Below, one piece after another: positions 63,630 to 64,000 of a DNA stretch of 64,000 bases. The position numbers were made by a program, and so were the translations under genes. Position 1 is the stretch's first letter. Each line of letters starts with the position of its first letter. The DNA lies in the NCBI GenBank assembly GCA_965649225.1, contig CBFGJX010000008.1, positions 21,512-85,511 on the forward strand, read 5' to 3'. Source of the stretch: a candidate division WOR-3 bacterium. Lineage in GTDB: Bacteria; Hydrothermota; Tepidihabitantia; Tepidihabitantales; Tepidihabitantaceae. The notes beneath the pieces were generated by a model. It was not told the origin of the DNA, ran no database searches, and worked only from the letters and a program-made list of their open reading frames with translations.

Positions 63630-64000
63630 TCAGACTCCTTTGCCGGTTGGGGTCGGTCGTTCAACAGATCTCAGGCCGGCCCGATTGTAGACGGCGTTGA
63701 CATGGCGCAGCAGCCGATTGAGGTCAAATACCCGGGCGAGCTGGCGCCGGTCGAGACGGGCGGTGATTGCCGCTTCGGCTGCGGCAAGTTCGGCCAGCGG
63801 CCGGTTTTCGGCGCGGGCGCGGAATGCCAGCGACTGGACAAGCCGGTAGGCTTCGTCGCGGTCGAGGCCGGCTTTTACCAGTGCCAGCAGGAGTGCCTGG
63901 GAGAAAAAGACCCCGCCGCTCAACTGCAGATTGGCGGCCATCCGGTCGGTGCGGACCACCAGCCCGCTGAGTACCGGCGTGAACTTGACCAGCATGTAGT
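63630..64000 (-). CDS. purB: Adenylosuccinate lyase, C-terminal part (5'-truncated by the window edge)
   Basis: The ADSL C-terminal domain reads …LVKAGLDRDEAYRLVQSLAFRA…. The reading frame continues beyond nt 64000. Confidence 0.7.
   Translation of the reverse strand, partial: YMLVKFTPVLSGLVVRTDRMAANLQLSGGVFFSQALLLALVKAGLDRDEAYRLVQSLAFRARAENRPLAELAAAEAAITARLDRRQLARVFDLNRLLRHVNAVYNRAGLRSVERPTPTGKGV

Noticed and set aside
1-64000. A CRISPR array, rRNA operon, or insertion-sequence element anywhere in the window
   Set aside because: No regularly spaced 25-40-bp direct repeats with unique spacers are seen, and no rRNA-like conserved blocks. The repeats that exist are the tRNA-end hairpin units (46752-46935) and the intragenic CARDB/propeller protein repeats. 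No transposase-like ORF is present.

Overview
This is a 64 kb window of a very GC-rich bacterial chromosome. It is densely coding on both strands. I support about 60 protein-coding genes and 2 tRNAs (Thr-CGU, Leu-CAG). There is no CRISPR array, no rRNA, and no transposase or integrase.

Housekeeping genes I recognise with confidence: mnmA, trmFO, rtcB, uvrC, uvrB, pepA with a metal ABC transporter, the pyrimidine operon pyrK-pyrD-pyrF-pyrE, tldD/pmbA, a complete phosphate regulon (OprO/P-type porin, pstSCAB, phoU, phoBR), arcC, hypC, and the purB 3' end.

Between these lies an accessory secretome island of large, signal-peptide-bearing hydrolases. These are an M28 aminopeptidase, an S8 subtilase, a giant sialidase-like/CARDB/Kelch protein, an M14 carboxypeptidase, an HEXXH zincin and a BNR β-propeller protein. 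Every one carries a C-terminal tail resembling Bacteroidota-type (T9SS/'FlgD Ig-like') sorting domains, and the tails come in two distinct flavours. This points to an FCB-superphylum or candidate-phylum organism.

Other notable points are a GT39 protein O-mannosyltransferase plus a polyprenol-phosphate-mannose synthase, a tRNA-Leu whose 3' end is re-iterated in hairpin-bearing tandem repeats, an apparently leaderless ABC-F gene, 11-bp periodic repeats in front of the pho-porin operon, an orphan hypC, and a multi-PAS protein with no output domain. Because of the GC content, the ORF track contains many long antisense ORFs. I treat these as spurious.
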